A program made the translations under genes and the position numbers. Positions 21,999 to 33,343 of a stretch of DNA of 64,000 bases are shown one piece after another (positions within the stretch are counted from its first letter, which is position 1; every line of letters begins with the position of its first letter). Under the pieces are notes generated by a model. That model ran no database searches. It worked only from the letters and a program-made list of their open reading frames with translations, and had not been told where the DNA came from. Source of the stretch: Chrysemys picta bellii (taxonomy: Eukaryota); assembly GCF_011386835.1 (NCBI RefSeq), contig NC_088795.1, forward strand, positions 144,026,001 to 144,090,000, read 5' to 3'.

Positions 21999-23282
21999 AT
22001 GGAGCCCGCTGCGACCATCGCTGCAGTTGTGGCCGCTCTCAACGTCTCGCAGCTTATCATAAAGGTTTCCCTGAGGCAGATGCAGAAAAGTCAGGCAAGG
22101 AGGCTACGGCACCGCGGTGATGTCCTGAAGTCTGAGAGTAGCACAGACCTGTCAGAAAGCAGGCGACCCAGCGCCGAGGACATCACAGTGGCAATGGGTC
22201 ATGTTGATGCCGTGGAACGGCGATTCTGGGCACGGGAGACAAGCACTGAGTGGTGGGACCGCATAGTGCTGCAGGTCTGGGATGAATCCCAGTGGCTGCG
22301 AAACTTTCGCATGCGGAAGGGAACTTTCCTGGAACTTTGTGAGTTGCTGTCCCCTGCCCTGAAGCGCAGTGACACCCGGTTGCGAGCTGCACTGAGTGTA
22401 CAGAAGCGAGTGGCCATAGCCCTGTGGAAGCTTGCAACGCCAGACAGCTACCGGTCAGTCGCGAACCAGTTTGGGGTGGGCAAATCTACCGTGGGGGTTG
22501 TTGTGATGCAAGTAGCGAAGGCAATCGTTGATGTACTGCTGCCAAAGGTAGTGACCCTGGGAAACGTGGAGGCGATCATAGATGGCTTCGCAGCGATGGG
22601 ATTCCCAAACTGCGGTGGGGCCATAGATGGAACTCACATCCCTATCCTGGCACCGGACCACCAGGCCACCCAGTACATTAACCGAAAGGGATACTTTTCC
22701 ATGGTGCTGCAAGCACTGGTGGACCACAGGGGACGTTTTACCAACATCTACGTGGGATGGCCGGGCAAGGTTCATGACGCTCGTGTTTTCAGGAACTCTG
22801 GTCTGTTTAGACGGCTGCAACAAGGTATTTACTTCCCGGACCACAAAATAACTGTTGGGGATGTGGAGATGCCTATAGTCATCCTCGGGGACCCAGCCTA
22901 CCCGCTAATGCCCTGGCTCATGAAGCCCTATACTGGCGCCCTGGACACTGAAAAAGAACTCTTCAACTACCGGCTGAGCAAGTGCAGAATGGTGGTGGAG
23001 TGTGCTTTTGGCCGTCTCAAGGGGAGATGGAGAAGCTTACTGACTCGCTGTGATCTCAGCGAAACCAATATCCCCATTGTTATAGCAGCTTGCTGTGTGC
23101 TCCACAATCTCTGTGAGAGCAAGGGGGAGACCTTTATGGCGGGGTGGGAGGTTGAGGAAAATAGCCTGGCTGGTGATTACTCACAGCCAGACAGCCGGGC
23201 GATTAGAAGAGACCAGCGGGAAGCGCTGTGCATCCGGGAGGCTTTGAAAGCAAAGTTCCTGAGTGAGCAGGGTAACCTGTGA
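21999..23282 (+). CDS. Harbinger DDE transposase (HARBI1-like), 427 aa, intact
   Basis: GAIDGTHI, GKVHDARV, ILGDPAYPL, RMVVECAFGRLKGRW, CCVLHNLC. Confidence 0.93.
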   Translation: MEPAATIAAVVAALNVSQLIIKVSLRQMQKSQARRLRHRGDVLKSESSTDLSESRRPSAEDITVAMGHVDAVERRFWARETSTEWWDRIVLQVWDESQWLRNFRMRKGTFLELCELLSPALKRSDTRLRAALSVQKRVAIALWKLATPDSYRSVANQFGVGKSTVGVVVMQVAKAIVDVLLPKVVTLGNVEAIIDGFAAMGFPNCGGAIDGTHIPILAPDHQATQYINRKGYFSMVLQALVDHRGRFTNIYVGWPGKVHDARVFRNSGLFRRLQQGIYFPDHKITVGDVEMPIVILGDPAYPLMPWLMKPYTGALDTEKELFNYRLSKCRMVVECAFGRLKGRWRSLLTRCDLSETNIPIVIAACCVLHNLCESKGETFMAGWEVEENSLAGDYSQPDSRAIRRDQREALCIREALKAKFLSEQGNL

Positions 23283-24031
23283 TTTTATAGTTTGTGTACT
23301 GAGAAGCTAAACCTGCCCCCGTTTCTTTACCCAGGTAATGTTGACTATCCTATCCAGTTACATACCCCCTTCACCCCCCCTCCAACACACGTGTCGAAAT
23401 AAAAATAGTTCTACTTTGTTAAAGCACACCGTTTTCTTTAATACTGTTTTAGCGGGAATTTTTTAAAACTGGGACGCAGACTGTGGTGCGGGGCGGGTCT
23501 AGTGTTGTGATGCGAATGCAGCTTCTAAACTCAAGGATTGACAGGCTCCGCTGCGGTGGGATGCTTGTTTCAACGGAGCCTGTCACCCCTCCTGATCGGG
23601 ACTGTGTGTATGGGAGGTCTATTTGACTTTGTGGCAGGGGGAGGACGGTTACAGATCCCATGCTGTGTGGCTCTGTGATCCTGTCTAAGGACCGGCGCTT
23701 AAGATCTGTAACTGCCCTCCCCCGCCACAAAGTCACAGAGCAACCCACCCCCCCCAACATTACATCAAAACAACCTCCCAGACTAACCGGGGCAACTAGT
23801 CACTGCATCACTGCACTGTGTATATGCCCTGCTGCTGTGCCTGCCCCCGACTATGTACCCTGCCAAAGGAGACTGTCCTGTCCAATTTCCAACCCCCTTT
23901 CCCCTCCTCCTCCAAAAGAACATGATTGAAACAGTAGTTAACAGAAACGAATTTTTTATTATCAACTACACATGGCATTGGGAGGTGAAACTTGGACGTG
24001 GGCTTGTGTCAGGCGGGAAGGAAAGAACTTT

Positions 24032-24507
24032 TCAAATTTTGGGAAATGAGAGCCTTCTGCTACTAGAGCTCTCTGCAGGGGTGGAGTGAGAGTTAGCAGG
24101 GACTCTGCCGCCTCTCCTTCTTTGCACTTTGGGTGAGGTGGGTATGGGACTTGGTGGCGGGGGAGGGCGGTTAGAGATGGACTGCAGCGGGGCTCTGTCC
24201 TCCTGCCTCCGTTCCTGCAGAACATCCACAAGGCGCCGGAGCGTGTCCGTTTGCTCCCTCAGTAGTCCAAGCAGCGTTTGAGTCGCCTGCTGGTCTTCCT
24301 GCCGCCACCTCTCCTCCCGATCCATGTTGGCTTGGTGCATTCGGGTCAAGTTCTCCCGCCACTGGGTCTGCTGTGCTGCCTGGGCTTGGGAAGAGGCCAT
24401 AAGCTCAGAGAACATGTCCTCCCGTGTCCTCTTCTTCCTACGCCTAATCCGCGCTAGCCTCTGGGAGTGTGATTCCAGGCTAGGTTGTGAGACAGTCGCA
24501 GACGGGG
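24032..24507 (-). CDS. Harbinger Myb/SANT protein, exon 2 (joined product 350 aa)
   Basis: Pyrimidine tract plus CAG at 24510-24508; phase-1 join A|CC; RRRKKR NLS-like motif, coiled coil; 577+476 nt = 351 codons. Confidence 0.82.
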
Positions 24508-25501
24508 CTGTGGAAATGGGAAAAAGGGAGTGAATTCCTCTGAAAGATAAATGTAGTTGTGAACAAAGAACATAGTCTTTCTCTGTGAACAAGACCATGC
24601 ACAGCACCTTTCACATGCGCACTCAGCACAAGGTCGAATTCTCGGCCTTCGCATTCTGTGCCTGGGGTCTTGAACAGCACATTTGAGAAGCGAGGCAGCA
24701 CAACGGAATTTCTGTTGCAGGCAGACATGGTAAGCCGTACACTTGTGGCAGTTTAAAACTTTTATATTACCACTGGCCTCATTTCACATTTAAATCAATG
24801 TCAGTCCCTGCTGCCAGCAATCCGGCAAGCGGGAACTCTGCCCCTGTCCCACCCCCTCGCGGCTGTCCCCGGGAATGATCCCTTTCGGCTGCCCCTCTCC
24901 CGCCTCCACCGCGTGGCTGCAAACCAGCGGTGACAGTTCTGTAAAGGAACGGGAAAGCAGTCCCAACACTAACATTCCCCTACCTAATTAAAAGCAGGTC
25001 ACCATGGCCGACATCACCCTGATGAGGATCTCCGAGAGCGACAAAGAGAGAATGCTCCGGGAAAGCCTCCAAAGACCAGGGCCGTATGCCGCCCTGCTGT
25101 GCAGAGCAATGATCCCCGAGTACCTGATAATCTCGTGGCGCGGCAACGTGTCGTACTTCGGAGGACCCAATAAGGCCGCTCTCCCCAAGAACCTCATGCA
25201 ACGGCTTTCAAGTTACCTCCAGGAGAGCTTCATCGAGATGTCCCAGGAGGATTACTGCTCTATCCCCGCACATATAGACCGCATTTTACTGTAGCTGCAG
25301 TAGCAGGGAATACACAGTAGAGCGGCTTGTGCAGGACAATCACTGAAAACCGGACATTGCTAGATTTCTTTTCAAAACTTGCACTGCCCCTTACTAAACC
25401 GTTAAGCGCCTAGGGCACACTAATCATGAACAACCCATTCTTTTAATTGTTAATATTCCTGTTTTGTTAAAAATAAATGTTTAGATGTTTACAACACTTA
25501 C

Positions 25502-26078
25502 TGGCTGATCCTTCACCAGATTCTGTGTCCGGGGTAATGGCTGGGGACGCTTCGTAGGGGATCTCTGTAAGGGTGATGAAGAGATCCTGGCTGTCGGGGA
25601 AATCAGCGTTGTGAGATCTGCCAACTGCCTCGCCCTCCTCATCTCCTTCCTCATCTTCCCCGTCCCCTAACATGTCTGAGGAACCGGCCGTGGACAGTAT
25701 CCCATCCTCAGAGTCCACGGTCACTGGTGGGGTAGTGGTGGCGGCAGCACCGAGGATGGAATGCAGTGCCTCGTAGAAACGGGATGTCTGGGGATGGGAT
25801 CCGGAGCATCCGTTTGCCTCTTTGGTCTTCTGGTAGCCTTGTCTCAGCTCCTTGATTTTCACGCGGCACTGCGTTGCATCCCGGCTGTATCCTCTCTCTG
25901 CCATGTCTTTAGAGATCTTCTCGTAGATCTTTGCATTCCTTCTTTTGGATCGCAGCTCGGAAAGCACGGACTCATCGCCCCACACAGCGATGAGATCCAA
26001 GACTTCACGATCAGTCCATGCTGGGGCTCTCTTTCTATTCCCAGACTGCATGGCCATCACTGCTGGAGAGCTCTGCAT
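25502..26078 (-). CDS. Harbinger Myb/SANT (trihelix) protein, exon 1
   Basis: WTDREVLDLIAVW...QCRVKIKELRQGY...FYEALHSIL; donor A|GTAAGT at 25501. Confidence 0.88.
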
Positions 26079-27352
26079 CGTTGCCAGTGCTGCTGTGCTC
26101 GCCACGATGTCCAGACAGGAAATGAGATTCAAACTGGCCAGACAGGAAAAGGAATTCAAATTCAAATTTTCCCGGGGCTTTTCCTGTGTGGCTGGTCAGA
26201 GCATCCGAGCTCGCACTGCTGTCCAGAGCGTCAACAGAGTGGTGCACTGTGGGATAGCTCCCGGAGCTATTAGCGTCGATTTCCATCCACACCTAGCCTA
26301 ATTCGACATGGCCATGTCGAATTTAGCGCTACTCCCCTCGTCGGGGAGGAGTACAGAAGTCGAATTAAAGAGACCTCTATGTCGAACTAAATAGCATCGC
26401 AGTGTGGACGGGTGCAGGGTTAATTCGATTTAACGGCGCTAACTTCGACATAAACGCCTAGTGTAGACCAGGCCATAGAGGACTACAACATTCACACTCT
26501 GATTTGGTAAGTGATCTTCCTCTTTGACAAGATCTGCTTTAACTAGAGTGATGTTAGAAGCCATAATTTGCCCTAAACAGCTTTTACCATTGACTTTTAC
26601 ACTCTCTATGATTTTTTCATTACCCCTCCCATACATAGTATTGGCACAATTTTGGGGTCACCTTCTACTGAACTCACAGTAACGGCATTTACATAAAAGG
26701 TGGCAGCGCTGGGGTACATTTGGTTACACCCAGACAATTGCTCAGCATTATACAACATACCAACATTGTTATCAACTGGACTTTCAGGAGGATACACTTT
26801 CTGCTGTTCTTCCCTTGCTTTTTGGACGTGGAGCTGAAGTCAGACCGTGTCCTGTTGCATTTGGTGAGCTTTCTCCTCAGCAGCCAGCAGCTCCAGACGC
26901 CCCTTACGAGCTCTCTCTTCTCTCTCATCAGCCTCCTTCTTTCTTTGATCAGCTTCTCTTTCTAATTCAGCTATGTTTTGCTTTTCCAGCCATCGAAGAT
27001 CTGCCAGCTTCTGTTCATGCTCAAGTTGCAGTTTATTTGCTGCCATTTGCATTCGAACTTTGTCTGCAGCTTCTGTAGCCTCAGGTAAGGGCTGTGCTCC
27101 TGCCTCTGGATCACTGGCCATTAACAGATCTCTCAGTTCTTCATTTGTAGCTTTCTCTCTAAAGCTGATCCCCTTTTCTGAACACAAACCTTCCAGGGCT
27201 TTTTTATCAGGGCCTCATATGCTCTTTGCTCAGCCATTGCATCTGCTCTTTAACCCACCAAACTCTCAATCCCAACATTCAGATGTGGATAGCGCGGGGT
27301 TCTGACCCAGAGCTTCATTGATCTGGTTCTGTGCATTCTGCTGATACTGCAT

Positions 27353-28434
27353 TGTGACGGCGCTGCCCGTGGGACCCAGCTGAGGTCACTCGATCAGGGT
27401 GAACTGCAAACAGAACGGGGCAGACAAACCCCAAACGCTGGTGGATCTTCCAATACTTAGATTTACCAACCAGCCCAAAACAGGTCCTGTAGTACCTCAC
27501 TGGTTACTCAGAAGTCCAACCAACGCAGTTCCCTTAAAGTGCCCAGCCTCAGGCCTCCGTCCAGACACACCTGTCAGATATGATGATGATTACGGAAAAT
27601 CTGATCTCATCATCTAAAAGAAAAGGTTCTTCCAATCCCAAAGGATATAACTGGACACACCCAGGTCCAATTATAACTTAGGATCTTACCCAAAATACAC
27701 GCTACTAGCCAATTCTTATTAACTAAGCTAAAATTTATTAAAAAAGAAAAGAGAGAGAGTGCTGGTTAAAAGATAAATATACATACAGACTTGAATTCAA
27801 TTCTTGAGGTTCAGATGCATAGCAGAGATGAGCTTGTAGTTGCCAAAAGTCCTTTTAGAAATAGTCCAGAGGTTATAGTCCAATGTCCATATTCAGGGTG
27901 GCTCCAGTCAATGACTGGGGACCTCAATCCTTATGGCTTAAGGTTTCCCCCCTTGAAACCCAAAGCAGATCTGAGATGAAGCAGGTTCGTGTCCCAGGGT
28001 TCTTATACATTTCCAGCAGCCTTTTGGCCTGAGAAAACAGTAGGCTTAACTCTCCTTCTCCCAAACATCCTGGCAATTAGCACAGGGTAATTTATCCATT
28101 AAACAGTTCAGATCCAGGTTACCACAACCTTCAAAGAGACATAGAGACAATAATACTATTTCCCTCAAGTGTCTTCCTAAATGTTAATATTCCTTTTTTG
28201 ATCTTTGAATCAAAGCTATAGCAATAGACAAGCCGTGTTTGCTTACATCACAAGCCCTGAGCAAACACCTCCCCTTCTACCTCTAACAATGCCGACTGCA
28301 TTTCAAAGCTCTGTTCATTTACAGATCTTCCTAACAAGTCTCTAAACTCCGGCCATGGGTCAGGTCAGTTTAATTAACTCTTTCTGGCCCTGTCATCTTT
28401 CAATGAGATATTATATTACAGTTATGACGTCACA
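27353..28434 (-). repeat. 5' LTR, family B
   Basis: TG...CA ends; homologous to 49343-50418 and 60143-61190. Confidence 0.88.
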
Positions 28435-29829
28435 CACCCCTCTCCTGGAGACACCGCCCTGCTCCCAGCCTCAGCTCTGGGGGGGGGGGGGGGGGGAGGA
28501 AGGGGAAGGATGCGGACAGGACTAAGTGGGGTGTGAGGTAAAAACTTTGGGGACAGTTTCACTGGCTTTCAGCCCCTCACTATAAAATGTCCCTGCCCCA
28601 CAGACAGCGCTGGCACAGCCCGGAGCATCTCCGCAGTACCCACAGCATCAGGGATGTCTCTCCGGCGCAGAGCTGGTACCAGAGCTTCGCACGAACTGGC
28701 CTTCAGCGAGCTCACGTGGGATGCCAATAACCCGGGGGAGGTTCCATTGTTCTTTGCATTTGCTGAGTGCCCATCCCCCGTATCTGGGCAAGAGGGACGG
28801 GGCGGGAAGGGCTGTGACTCCAGTTTGCTCATGTCCCCCACCCCCACCCCACTTCCACCTGCCACCGACACTATTCGTGGTGTGTGTGACCCCCGCAGCG
28901 CCTGGACACCCCATTGTCCTGCACACACGCAGCCAGACAGGCTCTGCCCCCAGCAGCTCCCAGTCCACAGAGAAGCCCCAGGCAAAGGGCTGAGGGGAAA
29001 CACGCCCAGGGAGGGGAAGGGACTGAGCCGACATCCCGCAGCAGGTCAGGGGCAGAGCTGGGGTAGCCCCGGTCTCCTGCATGCTAGCCCACTGCCCCAG
29101 CCACTAGCCCACACAGCCTGGCTTCTGGCTGTTAGCTGCTGCGTGAAGTGGCCGAGGCCTGACCCCCAGGGAATGTGCCTCGGCCGCTGGCGGGGGGGTC
29201 GTGCTGTGATCCCCTTAACAGAGATGGGGACTCCCAGCCACAGAGCAGCTCGTTTGGTGCCATGCAAAGGCGACGAGACGCAGCTGTAATCTGCTTCCAC
29301 GCCCAGGAACCAGCTTGAGCTTCCGCCAGCAAGGAGGGAAGCAGTTGGGGGGGGGCTCTGGAGTGCGTGGGGGGGGGGCGAGCAGCTTATTGCTGGAGTG
29401 CGGCTGTCGGGGGAAAGCTGAACTGTTGCAAAGACCCCGTCCTGTCCCCCCAGGCAGCGCTGCCTGCGTCAGGCTCTCTCTAAAGCCTGCTTTCCCTTTA
29501 AGCAGCCTGGGCCCTGCCAGCTGGCTGGATTCCCGGGGAGGGCGGCTACATCCCGGCTCTGGGCAGCTAGCGGTTGTATCACCGCTGCTCTGGAGCTCCT
29601 GGCTGGAAGTGGGGGGCTTTCACTCCGGCTGGGAGGCCCCTGGCTGGGTCTGTGCACAGCTGAGTTCTGCAGCTGGGAGAGGGGGGTTGGGGACACTGCA
29701 GAGTGTCGCTGCAGCCTGGGGCTTTGCACGGCCACAGAACAATGGCTGGCCTGGGGGGCCCTGTGCCATGGTCAGGGCTGGCTCCAGGCACCAGCCCACC
29801 AAGCATGTGCTTGGGGCGGCTCCTGGAGG

Positions 29830-30130
29830 GGGGCAGCGCGGTGCTCCGGCCCGAGAGTGGGGCCGCAACTGGGCTCGCCGCCCTCCCCACGGTGCTCTGT
29901 CCGCCGGGGACAGCGGAGCTGCGGCCGGGCCCTCCGCCCTCACCCCGGCGCTCTGGCCACCAGCGAAGCCGCGGCGGGCTCGCCACCCTCCCCCCGGCGC
30001 TCCAGCCGGGCTTGGCGCCCTCCCCTGCCACGCTCCCCGTGGGCGGTGGGAGTGGGGGGAGGCAGTGGGAGGCTTTTTTGCCTGGGGCGGCAAAAAAGCC
30101 AGAGCCGGCCCTGGCCATGGTGCTAAGGGG
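29830..30130. promoter_or_regulatory. CpG/GC-rich island-like segment upstream of NAT8 copy 2 (paralogue about 58540-58780)
   Basis: Dense CpG and GC-box-like motifs; promoter role is inferred only. Confidence 0.4.
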
Positions 30131-31400
30131 CTGCTCGGGAGAGGAACAGGCTTTGCTCCTGGCTGCAGCTGGGAGCGTTTCCTTCTCGGCTGCAAAAGCA
30201 GGAACTGAAACAGCTTCCAAGGCCCTGAGCTGGCCAGCCCGCAGTGCCCATGCAGGGGCCGTGGAGGTGGGGGCTGTTCCTGGGGACTGGCTGGCCAAGC
30301 CGCGGCTACACTGAGCTTTGGAGCCCAGGGTGTTCTGAGAGCAGGGGAGAGAACCCAGGCGTCCTGCCCAGCCAGGCAGCAGAACAGGAGTGAGCGGGCG
30401 AGCACTGACTGCTGCACTCCCTCTCCAGAGCTTCCCGCGGTGCCTGGGTGTGTAAGGGCCAGGCCGAACCGAGGGGATCCGGCGCACGTCAGGGCCTCCC
30501 CTGTGCCGGGCATGGAGCATTTCCCCGAGGGCAGCCGTCGCTCACCATGCCCCAGAGCAGCCGAGCTTCTGAGCAGCACGAGGGGCCTGTGGTTAGAGAC
30601 TGTGGCTGGGAATCAGGCCATCCGGGGTCTCCCCAGGGAAATGTTAGATCCACAGAGCTTCGCACCAAAGTGTGCAAGGCCAGGTGTGCAAAGGGAGGCA
30701 CTGAGCAGCCTGCCCCCGTCACCAGCAGTGCCAGGCTCCCGGGTCAGTGCCCAACTCACCACCCGGCAGCTGCCTGGGATGGCTGCTGGCCTCCTGCGGG
30801 GGCTGGGTTCGGCTCACGTACGCCCACGACAAGGCCGGGGAGAATTTCCCGAATGTTTTTCTGTTCGTTGTGATCACTGGCTGGGGGAGACCAATCAAAC
30901 TGCCCCATGAACGCTCCGGGGGCCTGGCGACGTGGTCGTGCAGGAGGTTTATGGCCGTTCGTGCCTTAAAACAATCCCCGAGCTGTGTGCCTGCCATGGT
31001 GCACGGAGCTGGACGCACTGAGGGCTGTTGGCCAATGCCCAGGGAGGACGGGAGGCCCCGGCTGTGTAGCTGACAGTGCCAGGCAGGGTAAGCGAGTCTG
31101 GGCCATCCCGGGCAGCATGGGCCGTTGTGCCTTGTTCTATGGCCCAAGCGCTGGGGCTCCCACCCCTTCCGTCCCACCCCTTCGTTCCTCTCTATCCAGC
31201 CAACACCTGCCCCCTCTGGGGTCTCCCAACCCCTCCTGCTGCCCAGGCTTCCCCTCCCATCCCAGGGCTGGGCCCCCTGCCCTGCTCCTTGCTGGGGAAG
31301 GTGAAAGAGCAGAGGAGGAATAGGGAATCCAGGAAGTGCCCCATGGAGTTGAGGAGCTTCCTGTGGGCTTGGTCCCAGCTGATGGTTATTGTCCTTTGTT

Positions 31401-31593
31401 TTTATAAATTAATGGAGATATCCTATCTCCTAGAACTGGAAGGGACCTTAAAAGGTCATTGAGTCCAGCCCCCTGCCTTCACTAGCAGGACCAAGTACTG
31501 ATTTTGCCCCAGATCCCCAAGTGACCCCCTCAAGGATTGAACTCACCACTCTGGGTTTAACAGGCCAATGCTCAAACCACTGAGCTATCCCCC
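31401..31593 (-). mobile_element. tRNA-derived SINE with CR1-like 3' end
   Basis: GGGGGATAGCTCAGTGG A-box, GAGTTCAATCC B-box, GTCCCTTCCAGTTCT CR1-type tail; absent in unit 1 near 8620. Confidence 0.88.
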
Positions 31594-32292
31594 CACAGCA
31601 GCATGGGGCAAAGGCCCCAGATACAGAGCGAGTATCTTCTCCCACGAGTCCAGGAAGCCTCTTCTGCTCCCGAGCGTGGAATCTCCGGGGACTCGGGATC
31701 TAGGGATCTGCTCCCAACACTCCTGCAAGGTCAGCAGGTCTTCCTGAGCAGCGCTGCACCCCCGCTGGGTAGGTACCGCGCTGGACAAGGGGACGAGGGT
31801 GACGGGATCACTGCAGTGCGAGCTGCTCTGGGTGTGGATCTGGGGGAGGGGGAGAGGCTGATCCACAGACACCCGCCTTCCCCTTCCAGATGGGATCGCA
31901 GCCCGTTAGTCTGGGGAGCTGCTTGGAGCGTGGGGCATGGAACCTCCATGGGCAGCCTGTCGCCAGCTAGGGCTGGCGTTTAAAAGGGCAGCGTCCGCCT
32001 AGTGAAGCCCCCTGTCCTGCCCCCCCAGCCCCTCTACCCTGAGCCCCTAGGAGAGATTGTCTCCCCCCGTCCCCGACCCGTTCCTGGTGCTCCTCTCGCA
32101 GGGCAGGGCTGATGGGTGGGTGCTGAGGTAGCTGGGAGTGGGGGTGATGAGATGGCAGGGCGGTGGGTGGAGGCGTGACAGGTGTTTGCCAGGAGTCAGT
32201 GAGGGTGGGGGGAGCCCAGTGCAGCGAGAAGCCAGGGGCACTGCAGGAAGTGGCCGGTGGATCAGCAATGTCCCAACCCGCTCCCCTGGTTT

Positions 32293-32310
32293 AATCTCTG
32301 TCTGCCCTAG
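32293..32310 (+). promoter_or_regulatory. Probable splice acceptor ahead of the single coding exon of NAT8 copy 2
   Basis: AATCTCTGTCTGCCCTAG 22 nt before the ATG; conserved in all three copies. Confidence 0.55.
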
Positions 32311-32332
32311 GGTGCCTGGGCTGAGCAGCCCA

Positions 32333-33004
32333 ATGGCCCTGTACCGCATCCGGCAGTACGAGGATGGTGACTACGAGGCCGTGCGCACCATGTTCGGACG
32401 TGGGATTATGGAGCACACTCCTGCTGCGTTCATCTACATGCTGAAGTGTCCCCAGGCCCAGCTGCTCTTCCTGGGCCTGTTCCTGGCGGTGCTCGCGGCC
32501 TCCGGGTCCCTCCTGGTCTCCCTCCTGGCTCTCCTGCTCGGTCTCACTGGGGGCTGGTTTTGCAGCCGGTCTCTCTGGACCGATTATGTCCAGCAGTCTC
32601 TTCGCAACGACCTACTGGACATCCGGAGAACCTACCTGGAGGCAGCAGACTCTTGTCTCTGGGTGGCAGAGGCTGAGGGGTCAGTGGTGGGCATGGTGGG
32701 GGCCGTCCTGCCGGACGACCCCTCGGAAAGTGGGCACGCCCTGGAACTGAAGCGTATGTCCGTGGGGAGGGAGCACCGGGGCCGGGGCATAGGCAGGGCG
32801 CTCTGCAGGACGGTCATCCGCTTCGCCCAGGAACACGGGTACAGTGCGGTCGTGCTGTCCACCTCCATGGTTCACTACTCGGCCCAGCAGCTGTACGAGA
32901 GCATGGGCTTCCGGAGGGTCTTGGTGAGGTCTCCATCGCTCCTCGAGAGCTTTCTGCAGTTCTCCCTGTTTTATTACCGATACGAGGTTCCAGGGTCTCG
33001 CTGA
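32333..33004 (+). CDS. NAT8: NAT8/camello-like GNAT N-acetyltransferase copy 2, 223 aa, intact
   Basis: EHTPAAF, hydrophobic membrane segment, DLLDIRRTY, SCLWVAE, HRGRGIG acetyl-CoA motif, LYESMGF; AATAAA at 33114-33119. Confidence 0.92.
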   Translation: MALYRIRQYEDGDYEAVRTMFGRGIMEHTPAAFIYMLKCPQAQLLFLGLFLAVLAASGSLLVSLLALLLGLTGGWFCSRSLWTDYVQQSLRNDLLDIRRTYLEAADSCLWVAEAEGSVVGMVGAVLPDDPSESGHALELKRMSVGREHRGRGIGRALCRTVIRFAQEHGYSAVVLSTSMVHYSAQQLYESMGFRRVLVRSPSLLESFLQFSLFYYRYEVPGSR

Positions 33005-33343
33005 AGGCTCGGGGGGGGCGATTCTTCACCTGCCTGCTCAGCCGCTGGGAGCTTTGCCTGGCTTGTCAATTAACTCCCAGCAAGTTGCTACTTTTTTATC
33101 TTTTGGGTTAAAAAATAAACTGAGTTTGGAGGAAAAGTCTCACGTGCGTGACACTGTTCTTGTGCTGGCTTGGGATTATTGTTCCCCCAGGGGCTCCTCC
33201 TTCCCCACAGCCACCTGGGTCCCCTGGATCTGAACTTCACCCCTGGAGCTGAGTCGGCCGGGATCAGACTCACCCCCATTGCTCAGTGGTTCCTAGATGG
33301 CCCCTGACCCCTAAAGAACCAGGCGACCCTGGCAAGGAAACCT

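Larger units (their letters stand above)
21621..26474. mobile_element. PIF/Harbinger DNA transposon, apparently full-length (4854 bp)
   Basis: 14-bp TIRs GGCCT(T/G)GTCTACAC, 3-bp TSD ATA, empty site in the duplicate near 62089, two convergent genes. Confidence 0.95.
18527..28434 (-). mobile_element. Non-autonomous Gypsy derivative (LTR family B) with nested Harbinger
   Basis: 5' LTR 27353-28434, degenerate tRNA-Ser-like PBS, gag N-terminus, damaged protease, RT/RNase H remnants near 19100-19400, GGGGG PPT, truncated 3' LTR 18527-19053. Confidence 0.82.

Noticed and set aside
21999-23282. Domesticated host gene HARBI1
   Set aside because: Flanked by TIRs and a TSD, paired with a Myb ORF, and absent from the paralogous site.
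28435-31000. Many long overlapping ORFs in the GC-rich upstream region (also 57700-60100)
   Set aside because: GC-rich stop-poor DNA; frames are not conserved between the duplicates.
32138-32332. 65-aa N-terminal extension of NAT8 in the ORF track (also 10131 and 56462)
   Set aside because: Starts at GTG, the nearby ATG is ATT in copy 3, and a conserved splice acceptor lies just before the true ATG.
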